DNA of 64,000 bases from an uncultured Solirubrobacterales bacterium (lineage in GTDB: Bacteria; Actinomycetota; Thermoleophilia; Solirubrobacterales; Solirubrobacteraceae), in the NCBI GenBank assembly GCA_963751185.1, contig CAVVTO010000009.1, forward strand, positions 77,838 through 141,837, read 5' to 3'. The notes beneath the pieces are model-generated. The model made no database searches. It was not told where the DNA came from and worked only from the letters and a program-made list of their open reading frames with translations. Numbering within the stretch: position 1 is the stretch's first letter; every line of letters starts with the position of its first letter. Position numbers and translations under genes: made by a program. This document shows positions 26,997 through 36,061 of the stretch, piece after piece.

Positions 26997-27761
26997 CTAC
27001 GCGGCCGCCCCGATCTCGTCGGTGATCCACCCGTAGCCCTTGGCCTCGAGTGCCTCGACCAGCTCCGGCCCGCCCTCCCGGACGATCCGGCCCTGGTACA
27101 TCACATGCACGTGCGAGGGCTGAACCAGGTGCAGGATCCGCTGGTAGTGGGTGATGATCAGCACGCCCATGTCAGGGCCCGCCACCGAGTTCACGCCGTT
27201 GGCGACCACCCGCAACGCGTCGATGTCCAGCCCGGAATCGGTCTCGTCGAGGATCGCCATCATGGGCTTCTGGAGCGCCAGCTGAAGGATCTCCATCCGC
27301 TTCTTCTCGCCCCCCGAGAACCCCTCGTTCAGATACCGAGTCGAGAAGTCGCGCGGAACGTCGGTCAACTTCATCGCGGCCTCGACCGTCTGACGAAACT
27401 CCTTCAGCGGGATCGGCTCCAAACCCTCGCCGTCGCGATGCGCGTTCAAAACGGTCCGCAGGTACTTGGTCACGGTGACACCGGGCACCGCCACGGGATA
27501 TTGGAACGCCATGAACAGCCCCATCCGGGCTCGCTCATCGGGCGATGCCTCGGTGATGTCCTCACCACGGAAAACGATCTGCCCCTCGGTCACCTCGAAA
27601 CCCGGATGGCCCATCACAGCGTTCGCCAAAGTTGATTTCCCCGAGCCGTTGGGGCCCATCAACGCGTGTATCTCGCCGCGACCGACGGTCAAATCGACAC
27701 CCCGCAGGATGTCCTTCTCACCGGCCCGGACGTGAAGGTTTCTGATCTCTAGGTCTGCCAT
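26997..27761 (-). CDS. sufC: Fe-S assembly ATPase SufC
   Basis: MADLEIRNLHV...LMGPNGSGKSTL...LNEGFSGGEKKR...AILDETDSGLD. Start ATG 27761; the track ORF over-extends to 28145. Confidence 0.9.
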   Translation of the reverse strand: MADLEIRNLHVRAGEKDILRGVDLTVGRGEIHALMGPNGSGKSTLANAVMGHPGFEVTEGQIVFRGEDITEASPDERARMGLFMAFQYPVAVPGVTVTKYLRTVLNAHRDGEGLEPIPLKEFRQTVEAAMKLTDVPRDFSTRYLNEGFSGGEKKRMEILQLALQKPMMAILDETDSGLDIDALRVVANGVNSVAGPDMGVLIITHYQRILHLVQPSHVHVMYQGRIVREGGPELVEALEAKGYGWITDEIGAAA

Positions 27762-27783
27762 ATCAACTTTCGGGTCGTAAATC

Positions 27784-28242
27784 TCAAGCGTGCAGGGGCT
27801 CGCGCTCATTCCGACGCGAGAACTCGACCAGCTCGGCCAGCGTGGTGGTCTGCAGCGAGCGGATGATCCCGCCCTGGACACGCGTCCACAGCAGCTTGGT
27901 GGCGCAACCACGACCGGCGTCGGGCTCGTGCGAGCACAGCACCCGCTCGGTGTGGTCGTGCACGAAGCACTCCATCGGGGCGATCGCGCCCTCGAGCGCC
28001 TGCACCACATCCACCATCGTGATCTCCTCGGCCGGGCGGGCCAGCCAATAGCCGCCGTGGGCGCCGCGAGCGCTCTGCACGAGCCCCGCCTTGCGCAACC
28101 GAGCGACCACCTGCTCCAGGTACGCGAGGGGCAACCCCTCGGCATCGGCGATCGCCTTCAGGGATGTGGGGTGCTCGGGCGACTGGCGCCCAAGCTCGAC
28201 CATCAGGCGCACACCGTATTCGGCCTTCGAGGAGAAGATCAT
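27784..28242 (-). CDS. Rrf2-family (IscR-like) transcriptional regulator
   Basis: MIFSSKAEYGVRLMVELG...LKAIADAEGLPLAYLEQVVARLRKAGLVQSARGAHGGYWLA, plus candidate cluster-ligand cysteines (MECF...LCSHEPDAGRGCAT). Confidence 0.85.
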   Translation of the reverse strand: MIFSSKAEYGVRLMVELGRQSPEHPTSLKAIADAEGLPLAYLEQVVARLRKAGLVQSARGAHGGYWLARPAEEITMVDVVQALEGAIAPMECFVHDHTERVLCSHEPDAGRGCATKLLWTRVQGGIIRSLQTTTLAELVEFSRRNEREPLHA

Positions 28243-28297
28243 CGGTTTTATATCCTACCAGGGCGGTCGGTTTACCCCCGATAGGTAGGCTGAAACC
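28243..28297. promoter_or_regulatory. Divergent rrf2 / rnd promoter region with the inverted repeat CCTACC-n24-GGTAGG
   Basis: A relatively AT-rich 55-bp gap (ttttatatCCTACCagggcggtcggtttacccccgataGGTAGGct), with arms at 28254-28259 and 28284-28289. Candidate Rrf2 operator. Confidence 0.3.
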
Positions 28298-29581
28298 ATG
28301 CGAACCCAGACGAGCCGTGGCCAACCAGCGCCTCCCCTGGCCACCTCGTCGGACGTAGCCGCGGTCGCGGCCGCCGCTCGCGCCGCCGGACGGCTCGGCA
28401 TCGACACCGAGTTCATGTCCGAGGGCCGCTACCGCGCCCTGCTCTGCCTGGTCCAGATCGCCGTCGACGACCCCAAGCCCGCCGGCAACGACCACCCCGG
28501 CCACGACCACCTCGGCAACGACCACCCCGGCGACGACCACGGCGGCAACGACCACGGCGGCAGCGACCACCCGCCGCGGACCATCCTGATCGACCCGCTG
28601 AACGGCGTCGACGTGACCCCGGTCGCGCAGCTGCTGGCCGATCCGGCGATCGAGGTCGTGCTCCACGCCGGCCGCCAGGACGTGGCGATCCTGCGCCGGG
28701 CGTGGTCGACCGAGATCACCAACATCTTCGACACCCAGCTCGCGGCCGGGTTCGCGGGCGCGAGCGCCCAGACCGGTTACGGCAACCTGCTCGGCGCCAT
28801 CCTCGGCCGGCGCGTCGGCAAGACCGCGAGCTACACCCGCTGGGACGCGCGGCCGCTGACCGCCGAGCAGCTGAGCTACGCCGCCGAGGACGTCGCCCAC
28901 CTGCTCGAGCTGGCCGATGAGCTCGAGCGCCGCCTGACCGACAGCGGCCGCCTCGAGTGGGCCCGCGAGGAGTGCCGGCGCCTCGAGTCCGCCACCGACG
29001 AGCGCGATCCCGACACCGCCTGGGAGCGGCTGCCCCGGATCGGGCAGCTCGATCCGCGAGCCCGGGCGGTCGGCAAGGAGCTCGCCGCCTGGCGCGAGCG
29101 CACGGCGTCGGCCGAAGACCGCCCCGTCGGATCGGTGCTGGCCGATCCGGCCCTGGTCGAGCTCGCCAAGCGCCACCCGTCGAATCTGCAGGCGCTCGAG
29201 CAGATCCGCGGCATCCATCCCTCGGGCATCCGGCGGCGCGGCGCCGCGATTCTCGAGGCGATCGCCGTCGGCGTGAAGGCCCCGCCGATCCCGCGCGAGG
29301 AGGGCCGCGGCCGCTCCGAGCCCGAGGACGCCCCGCTGATCGTGTTGGCCGAAGCGCTGCTGCGGGCCCGCGCGCTCGACGCCGGCCTGGCCTACGAGCT
29401 GATCGCCTCGCGCAGCGAGCTCGAGGCGATCATCGGCGCGTCCCGGCGCGGCGAGCCCGAACCCGACGTGCGCGCGCTCGAGGGCTGGCGCGAGGAGCTC
29501 GTGGGAGCCGACCTGCGCGACCTGCTGGCCGGTCGCCGCGCGATTTCGGTCGGCCCGAACCGCCGCCTCATCCTCAGCTAA
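28298..29581 (+). CDS. rnd: Ribonuclease D (DEDD 3'-5' exonuclease plus HRDC), with a His/Asp-rich insertion
   Basis: LGIDTEF (Exo I), VLHAGRQDV, YAAEDVAHL (Exo III), then helical HRDC-like regions. Confidence 0.8.
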   Translation: MRTQTSRGQPAPPLATSSDVAAVAAAARAAGRLGIDTEFMSEGRYRALLCLVQIAVDDPKPAGNDHPGHDHLGNDHPGDDHGGNDHGGSDHPPRTILIDPLNGVDVTPVAQLLADPAIEVVLHAGRQDVAILRRAWSTEITNIFDTQLAAGFAGASAQTGYGNLLGAILGRRVGKTASYTRWDARPLTAEQLSYAAEDVAHLLELADELERRLTDSGRLEWAREECRRLESATDERDPDTAWERLPRIGQLDPRARAVGKELAAWRERTASAEDRPVGSVLADPALVELAKRHPSNLQALEQIRGIHPSGIRRRGAAILEAIAVGVKAPPIPREEGRGRSEPEDAPLIVLAEALLRARALDAGLAYELIASRSELEAIIGASRRGEPEPDVRALEGWREELVGADLRDLLAGRRAISVGPNRRLILS

Positions 29582-30072
29582 GACGAACCGACCTCGAGCA
29601 TCATCGACATCGTCGCCGCGCGGGCGAACATCGAGCTCGACAGCGAAAAGACGATCGGCCACGGCCGGTTGATCGCGCCGAGGTCGACCTCCTGGAGATC
29701 GCCGGCCGCGGTCGAGAAGGTGAGACGCAGCTTGTGCCCGGGCGAGTTGGCCGCGCTCTGTGCGCCGGTGTCACCGTGGGCCAGCGACCAGCCGTCCTTT
29801 TTCAACAGGCGACCCTCGTCGCGCAGGAGGATGTCGGACGAGTTGTAGCCACCGTTGCGCACCACGAGATCGATCGCGCAGTACGCGTTCGATCCCTGGT
29901 CGCATGCGCGCACCTGGGTGACGATCCGGGAGCCCGGGATGAGCGGAACCGAGGCGGCCGTGGGGATGCGCTGCGCGGCGCTCACGCCGCCGCAGCCGGC
30001 CAAGATCGCGCTGAATGCGAGCGCGCACACGGTGAGCAGCGCCGTCCAGGCGCCTAGTCTTCGGGCGGTCAT
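29578..30072 (-). CDS. Lipoprotein (164 aa)
   Basis: MTARRLGAWTALLTVCALAFSAILAGCGG (lipobox LAGC). Start ATG 30072. Confidence 0.6.
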   Translation of the reverse strand: MTARRLGAWTALLTVCALAFSAILAGCGGVSAAQRIPTAASVPLIPGSRIVTQVRACDQGSNAYCAIDLVVRNGGYNSSDILLRDEGRLLKKDGWSLAHGDTGAQSAANSPGHKLRLTFSTAAGDLQEVDLGAINRPWPIVFSLSSSMFARAATMSMMLEVGSS

Positions 30073-30499
30073 GGGAAGCTGCGCAAGCGTAGCCAAGCTC
30101 CCTAAGTGGGCCCGGGAGCTGCTCGACCAGGCCCGCGTCGGACGCCTCGGCCTGCTCGATGACGAGCACCAGCCGCGCGTCCTCCCGGTCACCTTCGCGC
30201 TCGCCGGCGACGCGCTCGTGACCGCCGTCGACCACAAGCGAAAGGACGTGCCGGCCGAGCGGCTGGCCCGCTTGCGCTGGCTGCGGGCCCGCCCGAGGGC
30301 TGCGCTGACCGTCGATCACTACGAGGAGGATTGGTCGCGGCTGGCCTGGGTCCAGGCGCTCGGGGCGGTCACGATCCTGGACCACGCTCCGGAGGCGACC
30401 GCCGCCCTCACCAGACGCTACCCGCAGTACCGCGATCACCCACCGGCGGGTCCGGTGATCGAGCTCAGGCCCGAACGGATCATCTGGTGGAAGGCGTAG
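30071..30499 (+). CDS. PPOX-class (pyridoxamine 5'-phosphate oxidase-like, probably F420-dependent) protein
   Basis: ARVGRLGLLDDEHQPRVLPVTFALAGDALVTAVDHKRK...LRARPRAALTVDHYEEDWSRLAWVQALG. Confidence 0.6.
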   Translation: MGSCASVAKLPKWARELLDQARVGRLGLLDDEHQPRVLPVTFALAGDALVTAVDHKRKDVPAERLARLRWLRARPRAALTVDHYEEDWSRLAWVQALGAVTILDHAPEATAALTRRYPQYRDHPPAGPVIELRPERIIWWKA

Positions 30500-32596
30500 G
30501 CCGCTACGCGCTGGGGGTCGCCGCGCTCGCGGTGATCTGCTCCGCGCTGGCGCTCGTCGCCGTGGCCATCCGCCGCCGCGTGCTGCCCGACTGGGACGGC
30601 GCGCCGGCCCGCCTGGCCGAAGCCGTCATCGGCCTGGCCGCGCTGATCGCGATCCTCGAGCTGCTGGGCGCGGTCGGGCTGTTCGCGTTCGTCCCAGTTG
30701 TCCTGGCCTCGATCGTGGTCGGGTTCGCCAGCCGACGACGAGGGGCCTCGCTGCGCTCGGCGTCCGTGGGGCCGTCAGGGCCCGTCCTGACCCGCGCCGA
30801 TTTCCTCCTCACCGGGCTGGCGATCCTGGCTGCCTCCGCCGTGATCGCGGAGTGGGGGGCGCTGACGATCCAGTCCTACGACGTCGGCATCCGCGGCTTC
30901 GATTCGCTCTGGTACCACCTCCCGTGGGCGGCGAGCTTCGCGCAGACGGGGAACATCGTGTCGCTGCGCTTCACCGACGTCGAGTACCTGACGGCGTTCT
31001 ATCCCGCCACCGCCGAGGTGCTTCACGGGCTGGGGATCGTGCTCCTCGGACGCGACACGCTGTCGCCCGGTCTGAACCTGCTGTGGCTCGGGCTGACCTT
31101 TCTCGCCGCCTACTGCATCGGGCGCCCCCGGGGCGTCGGCGCCGGCACGCTGCTCGGCGCGGCGGTGGCCATGGCGACCTCGATGATGGACTACTCCCAG
31201 GCCGGCGCCGCGGCCAACGACGTCGTCGCGGTGTTCTTCCTGCTGGCCGCGGTGGCGTTCCTGATCAACGACCCCGACCGGCCCGCGGCACTGATCCTCG
31301 CCGCGGTCGCGGCCGGGCTGGCTGTCGGGGTCAAGCTGACCGTGCTCGGGCCGGTGCTGGGTCTCACCATCGGCGTCGTCGCGATCGCGCCGCGCGGCGA
31401 TCGGCTGCGCACCGCGGGGCTCTGGCTCGGGCCTCTGATCGTCGCCGGCGGCTACTGGTACGTCCGCAACCTGATCGCGGTTGGCAACCCGCTGCCCTGG
31501 AGCAGCCTGGGCGTCCTGCCGACGCCCGCAGCGCCACTACAGCAGAGCACCGGATTCTCGGTCGCGCACTACCTGACCAGCGGCCACTTCTGGAGCGCGT
31601 TCGCCCAGCCCGCCCTCGCGTCGGGGCTCGGCGGGTGGTGGTGGGCGGTGCTCGCCGGTGCTGTGATCGGCCCGCTTCTGTGCCTGCTGCCGAGTCGCTT
31701 GGGAGATAACTCCCGTATAGCGAGAGTTATCTCCCAACCGGCCGATCGCACCGTCCGGATGCTCGGCGCGGTGGCCCTTTTCTCGCTCGCGGCATACGTG
31801 ATCACGCCCGAGACGGCCGCCGGCCCGGCCGGGAATCCGCTGGGCTTCGCGTTCAACCTGCGCTACCTCGCGCCGGCGCTCACGCTGTCGTCTGGTCGTC
31901 CTGCCGCTCGCGCCCGCCTTCGAGTCGCCACCGGCCCGCATCGCGCTCACGATCGCACTCGCCGCCGTGCTCGCCGCCACCGTGGCGCAGCCGGACCTGT
32001 GGCCCGCCCACACTCCAGGTGCAGTCTTTATCGCCGTGGCCGCGGTCATCGTGGTCGGAACACTCGTCGCACTCGCTCGCATAACCCCGCCCCGGGTCGT
32101 GATCGGCCTCACTGCCGTGGTCGCGCTCGCGGCAGCGATAGCCGGCCACGGGCTCCAGAACCATTACCTGCGCGGCCGCTACGTCTACCAGCCGGGCGTC
32201 TCCTACCTGGCGCGGGTGTGGGCGCTGTTCCGCGACGTCCACGACGCCCGCGTCGGTGTGGTCGGCACCTACGGCGGCTTCTTCGCCTATCCGTTCTTCG
32301 GCCTGGACCTCTCCAACCGTGTGCAGTACGTGGCCCAGCGGGGGCCGCATGGGTCGTTCACGCCCATCGCCACCTGTGCTCGATGGCGATCCCAGGTGAA
32401 CGCCGACCACCTGAACTACCTAATCACCACACCCGCACGCGACCCTTGGGACCCGAAGGTGCTGAGCTATTCCCCCGAGAACGATTGGACCGCGTCAGAT
32501 CCCGCGGCCCAGCCGATCTACCACGAGACCGCGCTTGGCCAGCCGATAGTCGTGTATCGCATCCGAGGACGGCTCGATCCGAGCGCCTGTGGGTAA
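30487..32596 (+). pseudogene. Polytopic membrane protein (possible GT-C-type transferase) interrupted by a frameshift near 31885-31900
   Basis: The 30331 frame is hydrophobic and protein-like up to ...LRYLAPALTLS, then turns into Arg-rich nonsense. The +1 frame continues sensibly from 31895 (VVLPLAPAFESPPARIALTIALAAVLAAT...) to the stop at 32596. Confidence 0.55.
31699..31737. repeat. Perfect 14-bp inverted repeat TTGGGAGATAACTC-n11-GAGTTATCTCCCAA inside the membrane-protein gene
   Basis: Read directly. Conspicuously AT-rich against its surroundings. Translated in frame as RLGDNSRIARVISQ. Confidence 0.85.
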
Positions 32597-32605
32597 GCTC
32601 AAGAA

Positions 32606-34576
32606 ATGTCGACCATCGCTGACTATCTCTCCGATCCCGAGCTGACCGCCACGGAGTGGGACCTTGCCCCGCTGCTCGACGGCGAGGAGGACCGGGCCCA
32701 CGCCGAGCGCATGCTCGACGAGGCCAAGGAGCTCGCAACCCGCTTCTCAGAGACGTTCTCGGGCAAGGTCGCCGAGCTCGACGCCGCCGGCCTGCACGGG
32801 GCCATGCACGAGCTCGAGGTGATCAACGAGCTGGTCGGTCGCGTCGGCTCCTACGCCAGCCTGCGCTTCGCCACCGACCAGGCGGACCCGGCGCGCGGGG
32901 CGCTGCTCCAGCTCGTGCAGGAGCGCGCCACCGAGATCGAGACCTTGCTCCTGTTCTTCGAGCTCGACTGGGCCGGGCTTGACGACGACCGCGCCGAGCA
33001 GCTGCTGTCCTCCGGCGAGGTCGACCGCTACCGCCACCACCTCGAGAGCGTGCGGCGCTACCGCCCGCACCTCCTCTCCGAGCCAGAAGAGAAGGTCTTC
33101 GCCGAGAAGTCGATCTCGAGCAACGGCGCCTGGGCCCGCCTCTTCGGCGAGGTCGTCTCAGCCCTGCGGGTGAACATCGACGACGAGGAGCTCACCCTCG
33201 ACGTCGCGCTCAGCCGGCTCCAGATGGCAGACCGGGTCCTCCGCCGCACCGCGGCCGAGGCGGTGTCGGCCACGCTCGAGCCCGGCCTGCGCACGCGGGC
33301 CTTCATCTACAACACGCTGGTCTACGACCACTCGGTCGAGGACCGGCTGCGGAACTACCCGAACTGGCTGGCCAGCCGCAACCTGTCCAATGAGGCCTCG
33401 GACGAGTCGGTGATGGCGCTGATCCAGGCCGTGCGCGCCCGCTTCGACATCCCCCAGCGCTGGTACCGGCTCAAGGCCAAGCTGATCGGTGTCGACCGCC
33501 TGGCCGACTACGACCGTTCCGCCCCGGTGCTCAACACCGACGTGACGTACTCCTACGCGGAGGCACGCGACCTCGTCCTCGACACCTATCAGTCGTTCGC
33601 GCCGGTGGCCGGCGAGGTGACCCGTCGCTTCTTTGATGAGCGCTGGATCGACGCGCCACCCCGTCCGCACAAGCGCGGCGGAGCCTTCTGCGCCTACACC
33701 GTCCCCAGCGTGCACCCCTACGTGCTGCTCAACTTCACCGCCCAGCGCCGCGACGTGCTGACGATGGCCCACGAGCTCGGGCACGGCCTGCACGCCGCAC
33801 TCGCCCAGCCGCAGGGCGTCTTCCACCAGTCCACGCCGCTGACTTTGGCCGAGACCGCGTCGGTGTTCGGCGAGGCCCTCGTGTTCGGCCGGCTGCTGGC
33901 CGACACCACCGACGAGGAGCAGCGTCTCGGGCTCCTGGCCGAGCGAATCGACGGGGCGATCGCCACTGTGTTCCGCCAGATGGCGATGAACCGCTTCGAG
34001 CACCTCGTGCACACCGGCCGGCGCACCGAGGGCGAGCTGTCGGTCGACCGGATCAACGAGTTCTGGGTCGAGGCCCAGAGCGAGCTGTTCGGCGACTCGG
34101 TTGAGATCACCGACGGCTACCGCATGTGGTGGTCCTACGTGCCCCACTTCATCAACACGCCGGGCTACGTGTACGCCTACGCCTACGGCATGCTGCTGGC
34201 GCTGTCGGTCTACAGCAAGTACCGCAACGAGGGCGATGCATTCGTTCCGCGCTACCTCGAGCTGCTGTCCGCCGGCGGCTCGCGCAGCCCGGAGCAGCTC
34301 GGCGACATCGTCGGGATCGACCTCGCCGATCCGGGCTTCTGGAACTCGGGGCTCGCCCTGGTCGAGGAGCAGCTCACCGAAGCCGAGGCAGCTCGCCGCC
34401 CGCCGCGAATAGCGGCTAGTGGTGCGAGGCCTTGCGCGTGCGCGAACGCTCCTCCTGGCGCTCGACCACGTTCACGATCAGCTTCATCACCTGCTCGATC
34501 CCCGTCGCCTGCGCGTCGCCGTGCTCGAACGCCTCCCGCCAGTCGCGAATGTGGCCCTTGGTCGCGAGCTCGTTGA
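32606..34576 (+). CDS. pepF: Oligoendopeptidase F (M3B metallopeptidase)
   Basis: TMAHELGHGLH (HExxH) in a PepF-like context. The last ~55 codons are Arg/Pro-rich, non-protein-like, and antisense to the next gene. Confidence 0.8.
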   Translation: MSTIADYLSDPELTATEWDLAPLLDGEEDRAHAERMLDEAKELATRFSETFSGKVAELDAAGLHGAMHELEVINELVGRVGSYASLRFATDQADPARGALLQLVQERATEIETLLLFFELDWAGLDDDRAEQLLSSGEVDRYRHHLESVRRYRPHLLSEPEEKVFAEKSISSNGAWARLFGEVVSALRVNIDDEELTLDVALSRLQMADRVLRRTAAEAVSATLEPGLRTRAFIYNTLVYDHSVEDRLRNYPNWLASRNLSNEASDESVMALIQAVRARFDIPQRWYRLKAKLIGVDRLADYDRSAPVLNTDVTYSYAEARDLVLDTYQSFAPVAGEVTRRFFDERWIDAPPRPHKRGGAFCAYTVPSVHPYVLLNFTAQRRDVLTMAHELGHGLHAALAQPQGVFHQSTPLTLAETASVFGEALVFGRLLADTTDEEQRLGLLAERIDGAIATVFRQMAMNRFEHLVHTGRRTEGELSVDRINEFWVEAQSELFGDSVEITDGYRMWWSYVPHFINTPGYVYAYAYGMLLALSVYSKYRNEGDAFVPRYLELLSAGGSRSPEQLGDIVGIDLADPGFWNSGLALVEEQLTEAEAARRPPRIAASGARPCACANAPPGARPRSRSASSPARSPSPARRRARTPPASRECGPWSRAR

Positions 34577-34730
34577 AGGTCGGGCGCGACACCGAGATCC
34601 GCACCTTGGCGTCGGCGGCGATGTCCTTGGTCACCTTCGGCCCCGGCACCTCGACCCGGTACATCTGCGGCTCGCCCCGCGCCCGCAACTCGAGGCCGGC
34701 CACCAGCTTGAGGTTGGCGAGCGCCGGCAC
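34416..34730 (-). CDS. SCP2 (sterol-carrier-like) domain protein
   Basis: ...ADAKVRISVSRPTFNELATKGHIRDWREAFEHGDAQATGIEQVMKLI resembles the SCP2 C-terminal pattern. Confidence 0.5.
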   Translation of the reverse strand: MPALANLKLVAGLELRARGEPQMYRVEVPGPKVTKDIAADAKVRISVSRPTFNELATKGHIRDWREAFEHGDAQATGIEQVMKLIVNVVERQEERSRTRKASHH

Positions 34731-34827
34731 CTCCTCGAGGAACCGCGTGACCGCGGTCTCGATCAGGGATTTGGTGTCGGTCGGGGAGGTCAGGAGCGCG
34801 AGTGGTGTTGGGGGTGGGTGGTGGGGA

Positions 34828-36042
34828 TCAGATCTTGTGGCGCTCGAGCAGCTTGCGGCCGATGACCATGCGCTGGATCTCGCTCGTGCCCTCTCCGATC
34901 AGGAGCAGCGGCGCGTCGCGGTAGATCCGCTCGATCTCGTACTCCTTGGAGTAGCCGTAGCCGCCGTGGATGCGCAGGCACTCCTCGGCGCAGAAGCGAC
35001 CGGCCTCGGAGGCGAACAGCTTGGCCATCCCGGCCTCGATGTCCGAGCGCTCGCCGGCGTCCTTCATCCGAGCCGCCCGGTGAGTCAGCAGGCGCGCGGC
35101 CTCGACCTGGGTGGCCATGTCGGCGAGCTTGAATTGGATCGCCTGATGCTGGGAAATCTGCTTGCCGAACGCGCGGCGCTCCTGTGAGTACTTGAGCGCG
35201 AGCTCCAGAGACCGTTGGGCGAGACCGACGCCGCGAGCGGCCACGTTCACACGCCCGAGCTCGAGCGCGTCCATCATCTGACCGAAGCCCTTGTTCAGTC
35301 CGGCTTCCTCGCCGCCGAGGATGTTCTCCACCGGGCAGCGATAGCCGTCGAACACGAGCTCCGTCGACTCGACGCCCTTGTAGCCCATCTTCTTGATCTG
35401 AGGCGGCACGTTGAAGCCGGCATACTCGCCCGTGTTCTCCGCGGCGCCCGGCTCCTTCTCCGCGATGAAGCAGGTCAGGCCCCGGTGCTTGGGCTCGGCG
35501 TTCGGATCGGTCCTCACCAGCACGAATACGAGCGATGATCGCAACCCGTTGGTCACCCACATCTTGGTGCCGTTGATCTCGTAGGCGTCGCCCTCGGGCA
35601 GCTTCTTTGCCGAGGTCTTGATCGCGGCCACGTCGGAACCGAGCTCGGGCTCGCTCAACGAGAAAGCTGCCCGCATCTCCCCGGTGGCCATCTTCGGCAG
35701 GTACTTCTGCTTCTGCTCGTCGGTGCCGAACTTCATCAGCAGGTAGGAGCCGATGAAGTGGGTGTTGACGATCCCGCTGATCGAGATCCAACCGCGCGAG
35801 AGCTCCTCGACGATCATCGCGTAGGTCGTCAGGTCGAGCCCCATACCCCCGTACTCCTCCGGGATCGTGACCCCGAACAGTCCGAGCTCCTTCATCTGCT
35901 CGACGATCGGCTCTGGAAACTCGTCCTCGTGGTCGTAGTGCTCGGCGTTGGGGACGATCTGCTCGTCGGCGAACTGGCGGACCATCTCGCAGATGGCCTT
36001 CTGCTCGTCGGTCTTCTCGGTGTAGGGGGTCGCGATCGCCAT
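34828..36042 (-). CDS. Acyl-CoA dehydrogenase
   Basis: MAIATPYTEKTDEQKAICEMVRQFADEQI...FSLSEPELGSDVAA...KMWVTNG...IHGGYGYSKEYEIERIYRDAPLLLIGEGTSEIQ. Start ATG 36042. Confidence 0.9.
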   Translation of the reverse strand: MAIATPYTEKTDEQKAICEMVRQFADEQIVPNAEHYDHEDEFPEPIVEQMKELGLFGVTIPEEYGGMGLDLTTYAMIVEELSRGWISISGIVNTHFIGSYLLMKFGTDEQKQKYLPKMATGEMRAAFSLSEPELGSDVAAIKTSAKKLPEGDAYEINGTKMWVTNGLRSSLVFVLVRTDPNAEPKHRGLTCFIAEKEPGAAENTGEYAGFNVPPQIKKMGYKGVESTELVFDGYRCPVENILGGEEAGLNKGFGQMMDALELGRVNVAARGVGLAQRSLELALKYSQERRAFGKQISQHQAIQFKLADMATQVEAARLLTHRAARMKDAGERSDIEAGMAKLFASEAGRFCAEECLRIHGGYGYSKEYEIERIYRDAPLLLIGEGTSEIQRMVIGRKLLERHKI

Positions 36043-36061
36043 GGTCGCGAGTATGGCGAAA

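Noticed and set aside
27806-29662. A 618-aa minus-strand ORF spanning the rrf2 and RNase D region
   Set aside because: Its composition is Arg/Ala/Gly/Pro-rich and repetitive, and it is antisense to two ORFs with clear family signatures. This is a typical spurious long ORF of GC-rich DNA.
30331-30486. The track start (30331) of the membrane-protein ORF, overlapping the PPOX gene
   Set aside because: The first ~50 codons are Gly/Arg/Pro-rich and overlap the well-formed PPOX frame. Hydrophobic protein-like sequence begins after GTG 30487.
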